Shown one piece after another: positions 25,355 through 30,179 of a stretch of DNA of 30,179 bases. Source of the stretch: Bdellovibrionales bacterium (GTDB lineage: Bacteria > Bdellovibrionota > Bdellovibrionia > Bdellovibrionales > UBA840); assembly GCA_037969075.1 (NCBI GenBank), contig JBBKWS010000036.1:1-30179 (forward strand), written 5' to 3'. The notes beneath the pieces are model-generated. The model saw only the letters and a list, made by a program, of their open reading frames with translations. It was not told the DNA's origin and searched no databases. A program made the position numbers and the translations under genes. Each line of letters begins with the position of its first letter. Position 1 is the stretch's first letter.

Positions 25355-27595
25355 TTATTGTTCTATAGTAGGCTCATATTTACTAGGCTGAGTTAGATAG
25401 TTTGATGACTGCTTATTTAATAAATTGTTTTCTGCAGCATAGGTCTCAAGTGTATTAAAACACCATTCAGGAAAAGCGATTTTTTTCATAGAAAAGTTCA
25501 TACGCTTATACATGACCATATTTCTAAAAATCAGCTTAATGTATTCTTTCGTTTCCTCGTAAGGGACATCTTCGACAAATTGGTAGGGATCGCTACGAAA
25601 CCTACTTTGAATCCAGCCCATAACGGCTTTTGAAGAAGCATTGTAAGAAGCAACGCTGACTATGAATTGTCCATTGTAGTTTTCCCATAGTTCTTTCATG
25701 TATGCCGAACCAACTGGAATATTTACTTCTGGTTTAAATAGATCTTCTTCATCACTCATTGGAATTTTATGAAGTAGAGCCATACGTCTTGCTTCTCTTG
25801 GCAATACTTGCATTAGCCCAAAGGCATCGGCATGACTTCTAGCAAGTGGATTAAAGGCCGATTCTTGTCGCATAATGGATAAAATTAACTCAGGACTAAC
25901 TCCAAATTTTTCTGCATTCTGTGTTATTAGCTCTAGATAGGGCCGAGGAAAAAAGAACTCAGGGTCGATAGAGACTAGTTTATTTCTTAATTCAGAGTCA
26001 AAGCCACTGATTCGCACAAATAGGCCACGGTAATCTTCAGCCAGCTTATAAAACTTTAGAATACGTACTTGTTCTTTAAAACTCATCTTTTGAAACGGTA
26101 GAGACTCTAAAAGTTTATGTGAAGCATCTAACTCTCGAACAGCTATTAGCCACAGTAGATATGATTCTGTGTTTTTATCGGATGTCAGTTTTTGCTTCTT
26201 AATTTCATAGTCGTTGTTAGCCAATAGAGTCGGTATTTCTTTTCCTAGAGCCTCATAAGCTAAAACACCATAATAGCCATAAGGATCTAAATCAATAAGT
26301 TCATTTAAGATATCAGTGGCACGGTCACCTTCATTGATTTCTTTTAAACTTATCGCTTGCCAGTACATAAATTTATTTTTAATAAAAGATGAAGAGGCGT
26401 CTGCAACTAAGCGATCGAAATAACCTACGGACTCCTGATAAAAACCAAGCTTTCTTAAGTTCCAAGCTTTCAGCCATAGCAATTTTTCTAAAATATCTTT
26501 AGATTGTGTGGGTTGTGTTAAAGCAAGATCTGCTTGCTCAATAGCGCCATCAAAATCACCAATCTCTTCATCCATGCGGGCTAATAACCAATATACTTCT
26601 TGCGTACTTTCTTTGCCATCAAGATTTTGGATGGTTTTATTTAAAAGGGCGCGTGTATCCTTAATCATACCCTCTGTCCACATTGTACGGGCGAGTTCGA
26701 TCTGCATATTTAAGTATTCTTTTTGAAAGAAATTACTTTTTTTATTTTTGTTAAAATACCCTTCGACAAATCTGCCAAGCTGTTGAGTGGCTAAAACATA
26801 CTTTGGTTTATTGTGCATTAATTTGTAAGCGGCTCTGATGCCTTTAAAGGCTTTTACCTTTTGATAGTAAGTAAATTTCTTGCCAGAAATTACTTTTTTG
26901 TAATTCGCGATCGCTTTATCAAACTGCCTTGCTTTTCGTAAGTCATAAGCCACTGCCAAAGTATCAGCAGAGCTTGGGTTTGGTTTTAACCGTGGAGCCA
27001 AGCGATAAAGTCGAGCTTGATAACTAGCAACTAGTTTCTCGTCATTCAATTTTGTGGCGGCCTGAATGGCCTCTTGCATGTAGGCAATTTTTTGCGAAGG
27101 TATTAGTGACTCTTTAGATTTTGTTAGAGCAAGTGTTGCTATTTCTTTATAGTTATTAGTCTCAGATGCTTTAGTGTAGGCTAAATCAATGTGTAAATCA
27201 TGCAACCATGTTTCATCTTTAAAATAAGCTAAATCAAATAAAGTTTTAGTATCTTCACTAGTAACGCATACTTCTTGGCTCCGCAAGAATGCAAGTTTTT
27301 GTAATGGAAAGCCTCTGGTTTTTGCTAACTGTGTATAGAGCTGACATGAATATTGAGGGTTTTGTATCTTCCAAGTATTGGCCCTCATGTAATTTGCCCA
27401 CCAAGTAGTGATCTCACTATCTTTGTTATCAGCCTCAATTGTTTTTAAATAAGTTTCTACTTCCTGAGGGCTACGTTTTTGATCGAAAAAAGTATAGGTA
27501 TTTAGGGGGCTTAAATCTAAAGCCTGTTTTGTTGAGACTGAGCTACATCTAGCAGCCGTTAGAACAAATACAAAAAGAATAGCTAAATATCTCAT
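25355..27595 (-). CDS. Lytic transglycosylase (Slt domain) with TPR-like repeats
   Basis: IMRQESAF, GLMQV, ASYNA, ETKEY; long helical-repeat N-terminus; signal peptide. Confidence 0.93.
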   Translation of the reverse strand: MRYLAILFVFVLTAARCSSVSTKQALDLSPLNTYTFFDQKRSPQEVETYLKTIEADNKDSEITTWWANYMRANTWKIQNPQYSCQLYTQLAKTRGFPLQKLAFLRSQEVCVTSEDTKTLFDLAYFKDETWLHDLHIDLAYTKASETNNYKEIATLALTKSKESLIPSQKIAYMQEAIQAATKLNDEKLVASYQARLYRLAPRLKPNPSSADTLAVAYDLRKARQFDKAIANYKKVISGKKFTYYQKVKAFKGIRAAYKLMHNKPKYVLATQQLGRFVEGYFNKNKKSNFFQKEYLNMQIELARTMWTEGMIKDTRALLNKTIQNLDGKESTQEVYWLLARMDEEIGDFDGAIEQADLALTQPTQSKDILEKLLWLKAWNLRKLGFYQESVGYFDRLVADASSSFIKNKFMYWQAISLKEINEGDRATDILNELIDLDPYGYYGVLAYEALGKEIPTLLANNDYEIKKQKLTSDKNTESYLLWLIAVRELDASHKLLESLPFQKMSFKEQVRILKFYKLAEDYRGLFVRISGFDSELRNKLVSIDPEFFFPRPYLELITQNAEKFGVSPELILSIMRQESAFNPLARSHADAFGLMQVLPREARRMALLHKIPMSDEEDLFKPEVNIPVGSAYMKELWENYNGQFIVSVASYNASSKAVMGWIQSRFRSDPYQFVEDVPYEETKEYIKLIFRNMVMYKRMNFSMKKIAFPEWCFNTLETYAAENNLLNKQSSNYLTQPSKYEPTIEQ

Positions 27596-27601
27596 GCTTT
27601 T

Positions 27602-27630
27602 AGGATAGTTTTTTAGACAGACTTCTGCAA
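27602..27630 (-). promoter_or_regulatory. Putative sigma70 promoter of the Slt gene, leaderless-type
   Basis: TTGCAG-N17-TATCCT-N6-ATG(27595); no RBS. Confidence 0.55.
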
Positions 27631-27649
27631 TGAAAACACAAAAAAATCG

Positions 27650-28273
27650 TTATAGACCTTTGTCTTGCGTTACCCGCAGTAAGATCTGTTTCAGATCAAG
27701 CCGTTGAGTAGGATTCATGGCTAATACAGAGTGTGCAAAGTTCTCCCATTTCCAAGTTTGTTTATACTTCATAAAAGAATTCTGTTCATTTGCATCTCTA
27801 AGTGGATCAGTTGTATTTGTAAGTAAATATAAGTGGTTATCAGAACTAAGGGGTGCCGGAATGGCTTGTTTTCTTAGTAGCCTATGCCAAGTTTCTGGTT
27901 TTTTTAGTGTTTCAGATAAAAGTATTTTTATCTTCGGATCTGAGTGGGGATAAAAATAAGAATCAATCAAGCCACTAGTTCTAAATTTGGCTAGGCGCTT
28001 TAAGAATGACTTTCTTAAAACTGGTATATTAATCCAAACGGGCTCGGGGCTAGTTTTTTTCCATATAGGGTTAATAGCCAGGATGTGGCAGTTTTTAAAG
28101 TTAGCACTCGGGGAGTGAGTAAATGCATTAGAATCAGCGATGATAGTTTTATTTTCAATGGGTTCACTGGTATTAACTTGCAACCATTCAAACTCGGGGT
28201 AACTTTGGCGGAAATCATTAAATATAATTTCGCCAAAGGGGTATGAGGGAAGGTAGTAAACTTTAGTATTCAC
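27650..28273 (-). CDS. Hypothetical protein, possibly a degenerate alpha/beta hydrolase
   Basis: Long ORF filling the gap; GTG 28273 near upstream stop (alternative TTG 28306); IIADSNA, LAINP, TDPL, FAHS. Confidence 0.6.
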   Translation of the reverse strand: MNTKVYYLPSYPFGEIIFNDFRQSYPEFEWLQVNTSEPIENKTIIADSNAFTHSPSANFKNCHILAINPIWKKTSPEPVWINIPVLRKSFLKRLAKFRTSGLIDSYFYPHSDPKIKILLSETLKKPETWHRLLRKQAIPAPLSSDNHLYLLTNTTDPLRDANEQNSFMKYKQTWKWENFAHSVLAMNPTQRLDLKQILLRVTQDKGL

Positions 28274-28880
28274 TTTGCTGTTCAAAAGGATTAGAGCCTT
28301 TATCAAATTCGTAAGTTAAATACACAGCGATGTAATTAAATGCATCTGATACGTCGATTCCAAGCTCGGCAAACAAGTGAACATTGGTCCAATCAGGATG
28401 CTTATACTTACTACCTAAAATCAATTGTAGAGGATCGTTATCATTGTTGTCGGTCAACGCCAGGTTTACTGCAAGTGCCGTGTAAGGACTTACAAGACCC
28501 ATATCTGTTTCAAACTTTTTGCTTATAAAGGTTTTGATGTTAAGGAGTGTGTCTGAATCACCACTTTCGCTCGCCATGGTAGCACCAAAAACGAAACCAA
28601 TGGCTGGTTGGTTTTCAAAATCAGGAAAAGGTACGTATTTAAACTGAATACTGCCAAAGAAATCTTGCGCTCCCGTGCCAGCCTCAAGCATTACTTCAGT
28701 GCTATCATTGAGCCCCATGTCAAAATGTCCGGCCAAATTGATACCATCATTTTCGTTTAAAACGCCTTGCAGCTCAACGCCACCACGCAGTCTATCCGAC
28801 GATAGGATGTCTCCGTCGGTGAGTAGGCTTAAATACGCATGAGAAAATTGTAAACTAAGAACTAAAAGTATAGACAGCAT
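28263..28880 (-). CDS. Putative outer-membrane beta-barrel protein
   Basis: GGAGG RBS; signal ending SHA; alternating strands such as LFAELGIDV and IAVYLTYEF. Confidence 0.75.
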   Translation of the reverse strand: MLSILLVLSLQFSHAYLSLLTDGDILSSDRLRGGVELQGVLNENDGINLAGHFDMGLNDSTEVMLEAGTGAQDFFGSIQFKYVPFPDFENQPAIGFVFGATMASESGDSDTLLNIKTFISKKFETDMGLVSPYTALAVNLALTDNNDNDPLQLILGSKYKHPDWTNVHLFAELGIDVSDAFNYIAVYLTYEFDKGSNPFEQQSEY

Positions 28881-28968
28881 AAATCCTCCAGTAAAAGATA
28901 CTAAACCATTCTCATTGCCAAAGCCAAAGCCTTTTTGCTAGGTTACATGAAGCAAAAAAGGGTGGGCC

Positions 28969-30179
28969 ATGTTATTACTCAGTATTGTATTAGCTATTTT
29001 ATCTGTAGTTGGACTCGCAACTGCAATTTATTACCGCAATAAAGCATGGCAAATTGCACAAGAGCTTCGCTTTGAGCAAACCAAACTGTTTGAACAAGAG
29101 AAACACTTTAAGACTATGCAAGATGCCGCTAAAGATTCTTTTCAAGCTATTGCTTCACAAGCACTTGATAAAAATAATGAACGCTTTTTACACCTCGCAA
29201 AAGAGCGCCTAGAACAAAAGAGTCTTGAGGCAAACTCACACTTAGAACAAAAAACATTAAAATTTGAGCAAATGGTACAGCCAATCAATGATTTAATGGC
29301 AAAAATGCAAACAGATTTTCAGCGCATAGAGAGAGAAAGAGGAGAGCAGTTTGGTCGTCTAACAGAGGGCTTAAAATCAGTATCTGATATTAGTGAGCAA
29401 TTAAGGGTTGAGACAAAAACCCTAACGTCTGCCCTTAGACGTCCCGAGGTTCGAGGTAGTTGGGGTGAAATGCAGTTAAAGCGAGTCGTAGAACTAGCTG
29501 GCATGACTTCTTATTGTGATTTCTCAGAACAAGTGACCGGAAGAATAGATGATCAATTATTAAAACCAGATATGGTTATACACTTACCCAATAATAGACA
29601 AATTATTGTGGATGCAAAAGCTGTACTGGATGCCTACTTGGACGCGGTTGAAGCAGAGACAGAAGACGGCCGAAAAGTTGCACTTTTACGACACGCAAAA
29701 AATTTGCAGTCACGTGTAAAAGATCTAGCTAGAAAATCATATTGGGATCTTTTTGAAAACAGTCCTGATTTTGTAATTTTATTTATACCAAACGAAGCGC
29801 TATTGGCTGCAGCACTTGAAGTGGACAGAAACTTAATTGAAGATGCTATGAAAGAAAAAATCATCATTGCAAGTCCGACGACCTTAGTTGCGGTTTTAAA
29901 ATCCATTGCTTATGGTTGGCAGCAAGAAAAAGTACATCAAAATGCGCAACATATTTTGGATACCGCCAAAGAATTTTATGATCGCCTGCAGCCATGGCTT
30001 AAAAATTTAGAGGGTGTTGGAAATAGGCTTGAGGGTGCAGTAAAGGCCTATAATGATAGTATGGGTTCGCTTGAGGCTAGGGTTTTACCGTCGGCCAGAA
30101 AGATTAAGGATTTAGGTTTTCAAGACCGTGCGGATTTACCCCAGATGAAGGGCGTAGAGAAGACCGTTAGAAGTACATC
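28969..30179 (+). CDS. rmuC: DNA recombination protein RmuC (3' end outside the window)
   Basis: Hand-read frame from ATG 28969: N-terminal TM, coiled coil, RGSWGEMQL, KPDMVIHLP, IVDAK, SPDFVILFIP, SPTTL; not in ORF track. Confidence 0.93.
   Translation, partial: MLLLSIVLAILSVVGLATAIYYRNKAWQIAQELRFEQTKLFEQEKHFKTMQDAAKDSFQAIASQALDKNNERFLHLAKERLEQKSLEANSHLEQKTLKFEQMVQPINDLMAKMQTDFQRIERERGEQFGRLTEGLKSVSDISEQLRVETKTLTSALRRPEVRGSWGEMQLKRVVELAGMTSYCDFSEQVTGRIDDQLLKPDMVIHLPNNRQIIVDAKAVLDAYLDAVEAETEDGRKVALLRHAKNLQSRVKDLARKSYWDLFENSPDFVILFIPNEALLAAALEVDRNLIEDAMKEKIIIASPTTLVAVLKSIAYGWQQEKVHQNAQHILDTAKEFYDRLQPWLKNLEGVGNRLEGAVKAYNDSMGSLEARVLPSARKIKDLGFQDRADLPQMKGVEKTVRST

Noticed and set aside
29009..29906. 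Three short track ORFs (29009+, 29319-, 29634-)
   Set aside because: Out-of-frame or antisense to rmuC
1..30179. CRISPR arrays, tRNA/rRNA, riboswitches, prophage or defence genes, and remaining short nested ORFs
   Set aside because: No repeat-spacer periodicity, cloverleaf or known aptamer seen by eye (an Rfam/Infernal scan would be decisive); nested ORFs lie inside well-supported genes

Overview
AT-rich, gene-dense bacterial chromosomal window. Gene content (short PutA, CglB-like VWA lipoprotein, TPR-Slt, solo Y1 HUH transposase, R-x-[PI]-A-S motifs) points to a Bdellovibrionota-like predator; this is inference. It carries about 30 CDS: recognisable genes (add, putA, hslO, ppiC, arfB, rmuC cut by the window end, AI-2E transporter, M20 peptidase, Slt) plus envelope/secreted and uncharacterised proteins. 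I saw no rRNA, tRNA, CRISPR array, prophage or intact IS. Highlights: (1) a 45-aa Lys-rich protein (20 K + 3 R, no D/E) missed by the ORF track, with a clean RBS and promoter; (2) a putative sigma54-driven membrane protein / RDD-TPR / rhomboid cluster in which all three proteins carry an R-x-[PI]-A-S motif; (3) a four-gene diiron oxygenase / epoxide hydrolase / M24 / SDR operon of unknown function; (4) seven or eight genes with a sigma70 -10 box only 6-8 nt before the ATG and no RBS, suggesting common leaderless mRNAs.
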